Positions 47,288 through 60,815 of a stretch of 64,000 nucleotides of DNA are shown in pieces. This DNA comes from Trypethelium eluteriae (Eukaryota). A program made the position numbers and the translations under genes. The notes beneath the pieces are model-generated. The model was not told the DNA's origin, made no database searches, and worked only from the letters and a program-made list of their open reading frames with translations. The stretch lies in contig JAVECL010000015.1 of the NCBI GenBank assembly GCA_051942245.1, forward strand, positions 1 to 64,000, written 5' to 3'. The stretch's first letter is position 1, and each line of letters starts with the position of its first letter.

Positions 47288-49929
47288 TTTGACTGTACGA
47301 AGTGAATGGACGGAGTGTAGCTCTTTCTGCGAGAACGCTTGTATTGACACTGGGGAAACGACTGAACTGGTGAGTTGTCGTGAATCCTGAAGCTTGAACC
47401 GAACGAACAAAGACCGAAGAAAACAAGTACAAGGCGACGGCTGGCCCATTTTATGACAAACGTAAATTAGGCCTTTACCTTCAGGCAAGGGTATAGCGCC
47501 GGCTGCGAAACGACTTCACATGCCACCGCATGGGCACCCCCAGGACTCTCCGCACAGTAACCTACCTCGGCCTGAAGGATTTACCAATAGTGTCGATTTT
47601 GGTCTTATTGATCGAACCATCATGGAAAACCAATGATGGCCCTTCCTCCATCTAAACGGACAGCATGATAGTTTCAGATACAGCCGGCATCCTCGAGGAT
47701 CTAGGTCAAGGACTAAAGCGTTGCAGATGTAAACGTCTCGTCCACAAATCACTGACTTAGAAACCCGAAGCGTTTTGAATCCTGGGTGATCTCTCCAAGA
47801 ATTCTTGGACTTCAGAAATTGCTGGCAACTCTGGGGATATCATCTCAAGAGGCAATCATGACCGAGGTCGGCTAAGAATCTTCGGTGCCCGTGATGTGGG
47901 ATCTGTGAGTGAGACGGAGTCAATTCCTAACTAGGGGATTGAGCCCTAGCCTGCTGAATGAGGGACCTTCTTAGGAGCCCCAGATTATGACGCAAGTTCA
48001 TTCCGACGGTTTGGTGACATGCTCACGAGGGTGACATACAAAGGTTTCTCCGTGCAGGGAAACTTCTGGAGTGGGTACCCGGTGGTGCAGAGTTGGAAGG
48101 ATGTTATAGCAGACCCTACTGGAAGCGGAGTTATTCGTTGCTATACAGGTGAGAGCACATCCTTGGAAGGTGACGTGCTCCTCGTAATGCTCCAAGCAGA
48201 AGGCTGAGTTGAGGTCATCTTGGCAGGAGTGGCAGGAACCCTTGCGTGCCATGCAGGTGTGGAGGAAGCTCCAAGCTCGGATTGGATCTAAGAGGCGAAG
48301 GGAAAGGCTGGAAATGCGGAGAGAGGTCCAAGCACCAATGCGGGGAATTGAGCCGGGAGCTGCACCCGAAGCAGCCACCTACCGAGACTATACTCTGGAC
48401 GCAGGGGCTCTCCAATGAGAAAGATTCATTGGTTGTTAGTTCTAGAGAGTACCTATTCAAAGTAAGCAGCTAGTCAGTTGCGCGAGAGATGCCTCGGAAA
48501 GGTCCCGAACTTTCATGTGCGCTCCGGCCTGGACTTTTGCATGGGTTGAGGTTACTGACATAAACCTGTCATTGGTACCGGAAAGACTCGATTTGTTTGG
48601 TTTTGGAGGATATACTGTTCTCCAGGATATGGCCTTCGCCATGGGAAAAGCGTGTTCAGGATGGGACGTCTCAACTCGAAGGCACGAAGTTTGACGTTCG
48701 ACGTTTGAAGTTTGACGTCTGCTCTGGGAAATCGTCGACCCGATCCGCAACTAGCTAAACTGCTTTTGGTATCTGGGCATTCTCAACTTTTCTGCTGATC
48801 CTCTCGCCCGAATTATGGCACCTATCGAATAAGATTACTCGCCAAGCACGATTCTGAGACCAGAAGAATCAGGAGCTTCCTCCTCATCGTAGCCGACTCA
48901 GTTCACAAATTATGAGATTTCCCACAGCATCTGTGTCGATTCATGGTCCTGCCTAGACTCTTGATCAGACCTAGCGGCCAGGTGACTGACATATAGCTAC
49001 ATTTACCTGCTCCTCATCTCGATACATCTTACCTTGGCCATACTGATCCTTTGTCTGAAATTCTAAAGGCGGCAGATTGTCGAGAGTTCAGTGATCTCAT
49101 TTAGCTCCCTGCGTAACATTTTTTCTCCACAGTACTCCAAGCGAGATGTCGAACTCGCAATAGTCTCCAACTGTTGGTAATAAAACCCGGGGGAACGCCG
49201 ATATTTTGGTATCAGATTTTTCTCGAAAGGGCCTGTCACGGCATGCTAAACTCCTTTGAAGTTCGCCTTCTGTGTTACGATCCCTATTCCACGACTGGAT
49301 ACAAAAGCGACTGAAGGTAAGTGAAAGCCGGAGGGTGCTGAATCCCTCCGCGGCTCGAGAGATAACCAACTATTCTTTAGAGGGGAAAAGAACAAGGTGT
49401 ACGGAGTACAGACCTTACCGTCTTTTGGGATCGTGATGAGGCTTAAGATTACAAAAGAAAAAAAAAAGGAGAGGGAGAGGGGGGACAAAAAACAACAAAA
49501 GCTGGTGTCCACTCGGTAAAAGCACTTGGTAGCCCTCTTACAATAAAAAAGCTTACATTGGATGCACATAAACGTGGCGTGGTGCGTCGACTACAATCTG
49601 TTGATAGAAAGACGGAACAAATGCAGTGTAATTCAGAATTGATTGTTTTAGATGCGCGAGGAAGAGTGATTGTGGAGAGAAGTTTCAATCGATTCCTGAG
49701 CCTCTACAACTAACAGCAGTGGCTAGAAACAATGTCTTTGTCACTGGTGTTCCTGGAGCAGCTGGAGGACAGAACAGATGTGAAGTTGTACCTCCACACT
49801 AGATGGGTAGAAGCGCATCCCTGCGCGACCCCTGCACAAAAATAGTGAGATCATCGAAAATTCGCCCAAACTTATCATCAGTTATTGCATAAACCAAAGA
49901 CCTGTATTTCACGGGCAAGTCAGCGCACC

Positions 49930-51081
49930 ATGACCACTGAGTACATCTGTAATGGCTGCCTCAGAGCTTTGAGATACAATTGCACTCCCAGGATTTCGGT
50001 CTGTCCCCAACGACGAATCTTTAGCTGATCTTCGCTAACGTGGATAGGGAGGAATAATCTCGCGACAGCCAAAACTGTACCCCGTATTGGGTCCTAAGAA
50101 GTTTGATCCTCCACGGTGTCTTGCGAAGAACGCATCTAGTATCGCAACACCTAAGATCTCCAAACCCAAGAAAAGTACTGGCAACGGCATTACCGAGTCA
50201 GCTGCGAAGGCGGACGTAACAAGCGGTGGCATTGATGAGGGCCGTGCAGATACAACTTCGCAGAGTCAGAATACTTTAGACAAATCTGGGGAGTCGGCGT
50301 CAATCAACTCGCGCCTAAGGGAGGAAGCACGACGGATGACCAGCGGAATCACGCGAGAATATAGAGCATATGGATCCGCAGACCAAATTTTCAAGCTATG
50401 TGCCCAGCAGGCGGATTACAGCATTCCGCAGGCGTTGGAAAAAGACGGCGTGATTCCCAAGACAGAAGCAGATGAGGATCTCGGCGTGGGCACTGGTTGG
50501 TGGTACTCTGGTCAGTAATCTCCCCACAAGACTAGAAACCCATTTGCTAACATTCAGTCCCTTTGCCAGAACTCGGATTGAAACCCACATTCAGCACGTG
50601 GGCTCAAATAACGATGCTGTACATGTATACCTTTCTCGTCCGTCTACGCTGTCTCGATGCCGCCGAGTTCGGTATGTTCTTTCAGCACCTCAACAACGCC
50701 TATTCCACCTCCGCAGAAGAACGCATGATCACATACCACCATATCAATATGGGGGGTATTCGACAAAAGTACCTCAAGGATCTATTCAACCAATGGCGTG
50801 GCGTGATCGCGGCGTATGACGAGGGTCTGATTAAGGGGGATGCAGTCCTCGCAACAGCCATCTGGCGGAATATCTTCAAGGCAGATGAGGGTGTTGATGT
50901 AGAAGCTGTTGCGACGGTGACGAGCTATCTACGCAAATGTTTAAGTATGCTGGATAAGACGGGGGATGAACAGGTGAAGAGGGTGATAGTGAAATGGCCT
51001 GGTTTAGAGCATGAACAGGGGTTAGTTCGGGCCCAGAGCCCGCAGCTGAAGGCGCCGTTCGTAGAGACTGCAGGACCATAG
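49930..51081 (+). CDS. CBP3: Ubiquinol-cytochrome c reductase assembly chaperone Cbp3, 3 exons
   Basis: YRAYG..CAQQADY, GVGTGWWY|ELGLKPTFSTWAQITMLYMY and KYLKDLFNQWRGVIAAYDEGLIKGDAVLATAIWRNIF. Confidence 0.9.
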
Positions 51082-51254
51082 GATCGATGATATTTTGTAA
51101 GAACGGGATTTGTATCATATCGATTGTATTGTAGTGTACATAGATTCGAAAGAATCAACTTATCGAGCCTCTGCTCCCTTTTCAACGCCAAACAATGGGT
51201 ATCACTTGCGCTAATCCGACAACGCCGATGCGTCCTCCTGCATAGTTGGACTAC

Positions 51255-52516
51255 CTACTCTGTCCTCTGTCTTTTTTGAGCGCCTTGCCCCGAGGGCGGG
51301 GCTGGCGGCGGTCCTCTCTTCTGTTCCTCTGGATGCCTCTGCTTCCATGCCTTCGCGATAGCCTGAGCCGAGTCCAGCAAATCCTGTTTGCTGACCGCAT
51401 CGTTGATACTTTCGAGCACCTTCTCAACCGTAGAAATATGGTTTGCCTCGAGCTTGTCATCCCTGAACCTTGGTGTCCCATCTTGCTCCACTTTCATCCT
51501 CCACCGCCCCTTCTCATCCTTGTGGCATTCAATCACACGAAAGTCCAACATCTGCTGCAATCCTTTGAGTGTCTCCCACTCATCATCACTCACAAACAAA
51601 TTATCCCAGTATCGCCAATCGTCTCTTTCATAATGCACATACAATTCAAACGTCGGCTTCGCATCGTAATCTGGTACACCCCTCTCCTCTCCATCCAAAG
51701 GTGGCAGCATGGGAAAGTCCCCGAGGACTAATCGAAAATCGATTGTATTTTCATGTGCAGGCTTCCACTTCAGGATACGTTGATCCGTCCCAAACTCATA
51801 GGGCGTGCTTTTGCACGTAAAGATAAGCCCATCGTTTCCATGCTCCAATGCCGGTAGGATTTCCTTGAACATCATCATCATCCCATAGCTCTTCTGCACG
51901 CTCTTCGGCTTCAGCACAAATGCCTGCTCAGCCAGCCTCTCTGGAAAGGCGTGGTAGAAGCATTTCTCGTACGGCTTCAGAAAGAATTCCTGGAAAGCAC
52001 CGATCCGCTTGTCCAGGGGCCGCGAGACATAGGATTTGCTGTCCAGCAGGATGCAATCGAAGACAAGGTATCGCAGTTCGTGCGACCCATCTTTGAGGGT
52101 ATCGTAGACTAGCTCGCCGTCTAGCAAGGTTCCAGTGTGGTAACGATCGAAGCTTGGGTCTTCGGGCACAGGGAAGTGTAGTGGAACAACATTATAGAAG
52201 TCATTCTTCCGGTCAATGAGGTAGTGGGCTTCTTCGCCTGTGACGCCGCTGCAGTAGAGGAGGCAACGGATGCCGTCGGTTTTTTCGCAGAGATAGTAGC
52301 TTTTGAGATGGTAAGAAGACGATTGGAAGTCTGCGCACGTTGTTTGGCTTACTCGTCCTTCTGTAGCGCCTCGAGATGTTTGCGAGAGAAGCTTACAGGT
52401 TGCGCGCCGGGAAAATTGCGAGATCTACGGTGCAGTAGGTCATTAACCTCCGCGCGTAGCTCTTGCATTGGACCTGGGTCGAGCTTTTGCCCGGGAATTC
52501 CTGGGACCGAACCCAT
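51255..52516 (-). CDS. CEG1: mRNA capping enzyme, guanylyltransferase subunit
   Basis: NFPGAQPVSF, YYLCEKTDGIR (motif I KxDG), TLLDGELV, NDGLIF, ILKWKP..NTIDF and FRDDK..ANH. Confidence 0.95.
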
Positions 52517-54008
52517 CACGCTTCAGTAGAACTGGGAACTTCGAGGAATGAATGGTCGCTGGAGCTTTAAAAAAAGGGCTTTAAGATGATTGGGTAAAAG
52601 GATCCCATTTTCGAAAGGGTAGGATGGGAGGGAGTTCTGTCGGAGGAAGCTCCACCATCCGCTGCCGCGAAAATGATGCTGCGGGACGGAAGAGTCGCAT
52701 CCCGTGACTCAAGATATTCCACCTGCAGGTACTGTACCATGTCCTAGCCAGAACCGCCGGCACAACTATGAAGCACTTGCTAGCGTGTAGCGGATGATCT
52801 GAGCCCTTTACTGCGTCCACTGAGCTGCTCTACATAGCACCTTTTCATATTATATCAGGTACGGAGTTTCAGTCCTGGCGTGAGAATCTTAAGCAACCAG
52901 TCAGCTGCATCTTGCAGAGCGTGCTCTACTTTTCCACTATCGGATCAATAGTACGGATATCAATAATATCAGTCTACTTACCCGCCAGAACTCCATGGAG
53001 ACAAATCGGATGTCCTTCCCGGGAGTTGTCACCAAGCGTCTTCTCAAGCCGTCATTCCTGCCCCTTTTTGATGAAGACGCCGAACTACTGAGTAGAAGGA
53101 AGATGCTGGAGCCCTTAGGTAGAATTGTACTGTTGTGAAAGATCTCGGCCGTGCTATCTGAACTATCATCAACCTTCCGAGTACAAATACCTACCTCTTG
53201 AGTCCCGTTCTTTCTTGCAAAGATACCTAATAGACACATCTCCCGGTTACTCATCATTCTGATCACCTATCTTTATTTTCGTGCGGACGTGAAAACATCG
53301 AAAACCCTAAAAAGTCACAGTCTACAACTATACATTATATTCGACGAGTTTGGAGTTTAACTCCGGACATCTCGGATGGTTCCCGTTCCCCTACACAAGT
53401 CAATTCCTAAGGTGTCCAAATGAAGCCTGCGAGCTAAATGATACTCTTTGAATTCTTGCAAGTCGCAAAATCGATTGCTGATAACATTACTTGGCCTTGG
53501 AAAGACGCATTCGTTATGTTAGATTCCGATATGCAGACTAGATGCATACTGGGCCAATTGAGAGAACAAGCCATTAAACTTGGTCACTATTCTTTCAACG
53601 AAGAGGAGGCTCATGATGAGCTCCCGAGAAGCTCTGGAACTCCCGATATCGAGCTGGCCGTCCAGCGAGAAGCGATCCCCTTTTACCCAAGCTCTCGTGA
53701 CCTACCTAATGTGTTTTGGGGCACGATGAAGGTGTGAGGCATACGAGAACATGAAAGGTTATAAAATGGCTAAAGGTACGCATGGTCCAAACCACAAAAG
53801 TAGAAGAGCTTGTAGATTAGTTTGTTAACATCTGACAAGTATTCCTCAACGAGCTATCTCGCCTCGGCCTACAAATCTCCTACTACTCTGATCCTTACTA
53901 CATGAACGTTAACACGCATACAATTCAAGCGTGGAACTTCGACGTAATCACGCCGTACGCTGATGCAACCCAACCTCAAAAGTCCGCATATCACGCTCTG
54001 CAAGCTTT

Positions 54009-57000
54009 TTATACCAAAAGCATCAACGAAAGCGCTATCCAAAACACCACCAAAATTCCGTTATTTACACCGAATCTCCCTGGCGCCTTTGCCTCCGCGG
54101 CGTTTCCTGTGGCCACCGCCCCACCCCCTCCGTTTCCTCCTCCTATCCCTGGAGAACTTATCCCCGTCTCCACTGCCAGGCTCGAAGGCGCTGTTTCGTC
54201 ACCACCCACTCCCCCGATCATCGTCTCCCACGCCACCGTCATCCCATCCACCACCAGCCCGCTCGCCCCCGCGCTCACCGTCTCCCCATCTATTACCGTC
54301 TCCTTCCCACCAACCGCCATCGTCAAGGTCGTACTACCATGCTCCAACAAAACTACTTCTCCTGTTCCGCGCGGATCTGGCTCCTCGATCGCGGTCCACA
54401 CAGTGCCATCCTTCGCCGTGAAGATTGCGGCCGTCTCCAGACTCGCGGTCGCCGTAATGGTGCGGAAGGGATCAAAGCTCCGCCCAACATCCACACCACC
54501 AGGGACGGCAGAGATCGCTTGGCCCGAGATTGTGGCAGCCGGCCCACCAACGGACAGAGTGGTAAGGATGCCGGAGGGGCCGACGATGACTTCAGTGCCA
54601 GGGTGCGAGGGAAGAGCGTAGGCAGTGTAAGGGACGCCGTCGAGAGTGAAGGGCGCGACGATTGCAGTCGCAGGTCCTGGAGTCGCTGAGGCGTAGGGAA
54701 GAGTAGTTCCGTCGACGACGACGCCGTTAGTGGCCATGCTGATTGTCTCCCCAGAGATCGTGGCTGCAGGACCGCCTGGCATTAGCGTGATAGAGCCGAT
54801 GATAAGGGGAGTGCCGGGGTGGGCGGTGTAGACTTGGGAGCCGATGGTGAAAACCGCATCAGAGTTGGGAGTTGAGAAGGGAACGGTTTGAGAGCCTGCT
54901 ACGACGCCGGCTGCGCCAATGCTTATCTTCTGGCCGTCAATGGTTGCTCCGCGTCCATTAGGTTGTATGGTTGTTCCGGCAATGACAAGAGATTGTCCTG
55001 AGTATGCAGTGTACGGATTTCCACCGATGGTAATAATCGCCGCAGGTGACTGATCATCTTCTGCACTGGCAGATCCACTGAAACCATTTGCAGTGGAACC
55101 CGGACCACCTACGAGCAGTGTTGGTAAGGCCATTATGCTGCCACCAGCGATCACAGTGCCAGCTCTGCCAACATAGACTGGAACTCCTCCGACTGTAGCT
55201 ACCGCTCCAGGTTGGTATGTCTGACTGCCAATTACGACTCCCGAGCCATTAGGATCGGCTCGGGCAGGCCGTCCTCCGACTTGTATGCCTCCAGAATTTG
55301 GATCAGCTGAAGCGGGATCATATTGAGAATTAGCTGGATCTCCATTCCCAGAGCTTCCAATGCCCGGTCTTTCACCGTTGGTAACCCCACCGCCTGAGCT
55401 TCCAATATCCGGATCACTGTTTTCTGGATCTTCATTTCCAGAGTTGCCGTTTCCAGAGGCACCGTTACCTTGAGCACCAGTAGACCCAGACCCCGCTCCA
55501 CCAGATCCAGCACCGGTCGAGCCCGAGCCTGACTTCGACCCAGAACCTGCACCCGGATCTCCTAGGATACCGACTACATTGCCAGCAGCATCTGCTCCAG
55601 GGCTACCAGGACTGGACCTGAGACCTGCGTTGGGATCAACTCCATCTGTGCCACTCCCTCTCCCGCTTCCGCCACTCCCACTTTCTCCTCCGTTTCCGCC
55701 TTCGTTTCCACCGGTAGCCCCTTCGCCAGTACTACCGTAACCGGGATTCGAACCAGCCTCTGAGCCTCCGGAATGTGGTTTGGACCCTCCATTATCCCCT
55801 CCTACATCATAAGGCGGAGGAGCGCCGGTGTCGCCACTACTACCACCACTGCTTTGACTCCCTGACCCAGAAGTGGGTTTTGCCGCCGGAGGATTCGGGG
55901 ACGCCACCGGTTCCGGTGAATAACTCTGCGGTAATGCCGTCGGGGTTGGCGCTCCATGCGTAGGCCCGGAAGCTGGCATCGCTGGCGCCGCTGTAGACGT
56001 AGGTAGCACCGTCGGTTCTGCGGCCGCAGCATACGGTGTCAAGAGATAGGGAGGGTCGTAGTTTCCACGGAGATCCAAGGAACACGAGGCCCATGCTGAG
56101 TCGATGCTCTGCAGAACGCCTGACGGCAACACGATGATGGGCTCATAGGGTTGAGTCTGTGGACAAGTGGCGGTGCATTCTGCAGAATCGGTTTCATTGC
56201 CCGCGACACAGTCTACCGGCGGCTGCCACTGGCTGGAATATGCGGCACACCACGGCTGGCGGGTGTAGATGGAGAGAGGTACGGGAGAATTGAGATCGGT
56301 AAGGTTAAAGGAGGCAGTAAGTGCACCAAGCCCGTCGCCGTTGACCCAGATGCTGGAGAGGCCGCTCACGTCTGTGATAGGGATAATGGTGCTGGGGTAG
56401 CTAGAACCAACACGGGAGCAGGAGTCGGCGGCGTAAAGGTTGGAGAAGGAAACGTAGACAGTGGGGTAGGTGAGCGTAGTATTGAAGGCGGTGACCACGA
56501 TATCTCCATTGGAATTAGTAAAAGCCGTGGCAGTATCGAGAGAGGACGGCCAATGTAAAAGGTCAATGGTGCCGCCTGTAATAGCGCATCCGCCGCATCC
56601 AAGGGAGCAGCCGGGCGCGAGAGAGCTTGCTGACGGCCAGAAGGAGTAGAGAGGAGTGATTGTGTAAGGATCGGTCTGTGCAACCCGAACGCTGTAGCCA
56701 GCGACGTTCTCCCATGAATTGTAGTTGGGGAAGTCTGTATAAGTCCAGGTGTTCTCGTGTCCAATCATCCGATTCGTTACGGGTTGGTTGTAAAGGTCGT
56801 ACCCAGCAGCGGCATAGGATAATCTCAACGCATTGCACAGAGAAGATCCAAGAGATGCCTGAGAGCACAATGGTGAACTGATTGCTATCTCTGATTGGTA
56901 GGTGGGATTATCAAGAGATTGCCAACTCGACCAATATTTATTCCACGAAGTCGCACAAGCTCCGATTGTGGTCGCTCCAAAACAGGACGGTAATGGAATA

Positions 57001-58056
57001 TCAATGGTTTTCAGGCGATCTGATGCAAAGGTTTCCCAGGAAGCCTGACATTGCGATACAGAAGTAGGAAGAGAGCAATTTGGAGCACCAGGAACTGTAA
57101 CACTTTCGGTCGAAACAAGGCCAACAGAAAATATGTCTGTATAAGTCGTTGCTGGCACAGACGTTCCCACACTAGTCCACAGCTCAGTCGAGGTTGAGGT
57201 CTCAGTTTCAAGAGGAAAGCCGCCTACAACAACGGTGCTTGTTCTTGTCGCAACTATTGTGTAGGTATGAGTAGATGCCGGTTGTCCCGAGAAGGTGCCG
57301 ATCTGCGTTGTAGGTACTGATGTATATGTGTCCCATGTTTGATATATGCTTGAATCATCATACGAATTTGATAGCAAGGCATAATAATTTTCCCATCGCA
57401 ACCAGCATTGATCAGTAGAGTTATGACGACTTGCGTTCGGATGGATAGAGGAACTGTTGAAGCGCCGAGATGCTGGTAGCGTAGCTACTGTGATCGAGCT
57501 GTTCTTTGCAGACGTAGTCGACCTTCCGGCGTTGGGTCTTCCCGTAATTGTAGTAAAGTTGGACCGGGTAGAAACCGGCGAATCAGGGCTTCCTGCGTTC
57601 GTAGCACTTACGTTTTGCGAGGATGTCGAGCTTGATTTACTTATCGGCGTGGTAGACGAGGTATTTCCCGTAAAGGCCCTATGCGTCGATGCTGAAGCAA
57701 TGAAAGATCCATTGCTCCACCTCCCGCTGGATATTGATTCTGGGACAGGTAGCGTATGTGAGGATTCCAAGCTTGCAGAAGGTATTGCTAATCCTGAGGC
57801 AATGTAATCACCGATACCTAAGGCGCCTGATGATGTGAGCTGACCGGTGAAAGTTGATATCCTTGATGAATTGCGCAGAGTCGTAGCGTTGGCAATTCTT
57901 GCAGGAGGTGCTCTGTTGCTTAAGACATAGTCTGCAAGACAGTTAGTAGGCAGCTCTACAATGGAAAATTTAGAAAGTTCCCTTGCCTCCCAGAGCTCCC
58001 CAGCTATAGATATTCAGAAAGCAAAGCTCGTACAATATGAGCAAATCCCATCTCAT
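54009..58056 (-). CDS. Large secreted/GPI-type cell-surface protein with Cys-rich domain, Gly/Ser linker and beta-rich repeats
   Basis: Signal-peptide exon 58056-57987 and a GC-AG intron (57932-57986) join in frame to ORF 54009..57770. Contains CGGCAITGGTIDLLHWP..TLTYPTVYVSF..ADSC, repeated GGPAATISG.IS-type units and a hydrophobic C-terminus. Confidence 0.8.
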
Positions 58057-59413
58057 CTTCCCAAATTCAAGAGCCTACGGGCTGAGACACAAGCGTCGAT
58101 CGCCTCATAGATTAGAGACTGATTTGCAGTCAATTTGACGTATTCTTTTGCATAGGCAAGCGACTGGCATTCATGTCATGATTTCATATTCGCGATAAAG
58201 ATAGAGGGCCCTTGGAAAGAAGTATAAGAAGAAGAAAAGTGTGCCTTACGCCCTAAAGTACGATCGTTGCGTACCCTTGGTAGTGAAGACGCACATCTCC
58301 ACCGGCCGAAGAGCTGAGATCTGGGTATTGCAAGATCTTGCGGGCCAATCAGTGCGAAAAAGAAGGTCTCGGCTCATGGCAACGGTGCGATGCACACGTG
58401 GAATAGCCAATCTTGAATCAAAAAACCTAGGTAGTTTCATACGCCAAGGGGACGGTAAGTTGCAGGGTAAAAGGTGTCGGGTAAAGTAAGGATGGTCAGA
58501 ACTAGCATAAAGACACTCCGATCTTACAAAGGCCCCGAGAGGAAAGCCCAGGTAGGTAGCTTGTTTTTCTCTGAGTACTCTGTAATTCTCGAGTTTTCTT
58601 GGCAAGAGGGTCTCTAGATTTCCCTGAAATCCTCCAACGGTAGCATCCGCCGGACCGTGGCATCCCCTCAATCCTGAAGTCCAACTTTCGTGGTACACGA
58701 AGTCACGGACCAGAGCTTGGCAAAAGGATTCGGAGCAAGCACCAAAGGTGAAATAATCACCGAAAAGACCCTGATTGAGGGCGGGAAATTCCACATTCGC
58801 GAGGCCAGACTATCTCCTTGAAGAAGAGCGCGAGAGGCGAGGGACAACGGTTTCGTCTAGCGTCGACACGGATGGACTAGGAGCATGAGACTGCTAGATT
58901 TTTGGTTTCAGGGTTGTCCTTCCACCAATGGCTAGGGCAGCAAGGATTCGGTGTCGCTCGGAGCAAGGACGTCTTGACACTGACCGACTACTGGCTATCG
59001 CTTTCAGCTCTGATGCAGGTAATCTAATATGCAAAGCATAAGACCTGCTAGGACATCCCGTCGTTCTACCTAGCGTTCTGACGACCCGTTCTCTTACATC
59101 TAGAGTGGGGTGATGGAGCACAATTATGGATGTATCTGAAGAGTTATGTACGGAGTACAACAGGTTTGAAGACGGATCTGTGCGATGTGATGCACACGTC
59201 CTATCGTTCGAAAGCCCTCGAGCAGTCTACCACGGAGCAACACAAAAAACATGCAGCTCCAGTAATCTATCGCACCTCTAAGCAGTGGTGGCAGTCTAGG
59301 TAGTTTGCGTCCTACGGGTCGCCTCACAGTCACCCGTTGACAAGCCGCAACCGCTTACCGGAACAAAGCAAATCTGTGTGAAGCAAGATCCTTAGAATCC
59401 TCGGATCTGGTGC

Positions 59414-60362
59414 CTATCTATATGTGTTTATGCTTGGAATCGTAGGCACAGGACTGATTTCATCGTTTTCGTGTCCATCTACTCGCCGTAGTATTCGCGC
59501 TGGATTGCCAACGACAATAGTGTAGTCCGGAACATCCTTGAATCTGGTTAGCCAAGTTCTTGATCGGCGTGCAACTCTCCTGCTTCCGAAGGCTTTTTGC
59601 ACTGCACCTTTGTGACCACGGCGCCAGCCCCAAGTGTAGCTCCCTTCCCAACCCTGACACCAGGCAAAATTTTCACATCACCGCCTACCCACACATCCTC
59701 ACCGATGTGAACCTCTTTTCCCATCTCTGGCCCTTTCATGCCATCTCGCAATTCAGGGTTAGTGGGATGGGTACCACTATAGATGCTTAAATTTGGGGCA
59801 ATGAGTGTTCTGGCACCGATTGTCACCAAGCAGGTATCGATGATCACACAATTGACATTTATGAAGACACCCTTGCCCACCTTCACGTTGGTGCCGAAAT
59901 CGATGAATATGGGAGAACAGACTTCAGGGTCGTCTGCAAATTGAGCTTCATCTTCTTCTGCGGTGGCCCCAGGTGGTGGAAGTGGTCTCTGGTCATTGAC
60001 GATGCTTGAACTCAGTTTAGTGAATGAAGCACCGTAAAACTTGTGGATCATGCGAGACTAGGCCAGAAATAATGAAATTGGTAACGAACTCACTCCCTCC
60101 ATAATCTCACCAGCTCTCTTCGAGGGACGTCTCCGACGCTGTTGAAACGGCGTAACGCACGGCGGCATCTCGCACGCTCTGCGATCATTTCTGGATGGAA
60201 GGCATAATACAGCTGACGTAGTCAGCACCAAGCAAATATATGGATGAATGGGACGCAATCGCATCAATTTTGCTTTGAGATGAATTCTTCCTATTAAGAA
60301 GTGGTAAATCCGGGGCCTACCTCGCCAGCCAATGCCTTTCTCTTGTTCTCCGACAGAGCCAT
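59414..60362 (-). CDS. Maltose/galactoside O-acetyltransferase (hexapeptide-repeat), 4 exons
   Basis: MALSENKRKALAGE|LYYAFHPE, PIFIDFGTNV, IGARTLIAPN..YSGTHP, IGEDVWVGG..ILPGV and VVTK|DVPDYTIVVGNPARILR. Confidence 0.9.
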
Positions 60363-60815
60363 TTTGGACACTGTGCTCTTACGGGTCAAACTGCCGGAGT
60401 GATAAAACTGTGGACGACACCTGACTTCTACTTGCAGTTCCTTTAGGTAGGTAGGTACTTAGGGAGAGTACTCTATCGCAGGCGGAAGAGTTCCGCTCCT
60501 AGAGTACCGCGCGAGGCGCGTCAAGCTCTTGGCGCGTGAGGTCATTCAACCATCTTACCTGTATACTTCTCGATACCATCAACCAGATTCCTGGCTGCGC
60601 ATCCTGAGCGCGGGCGCTCGTTCTCGCCTTGTGTACTCGGATCAACCAAGTTGATGACGTTTAACGATGATTTACCAAATCCCCCACTCCCTAGAAATCG
60701 AGCGTAATGTGGGGACGACAAGGTAATCCTTCGACCGCAAGACACAAACACCGGAAGCTGTACAACGAAGAAGCACAGCAGCAATCGGATTGGCTTTGCT
60801 CTATTTCACACGACT

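Noticed and set aside
47288..47488. N-terminal extension of the 368-aa ORF 46382..47488
   Set aside because: It uses a non-ATG start; the signal peptide begins at MKFL (47287).
53303..53310. AACCCTAA (also TTAGGGTT near 25540) as a telomerase RNA template or telomeric seed
   Set aside because: Single 8-mers with no tandem copies and no supporting pseudoknot or CR4/5 features that I could identify.
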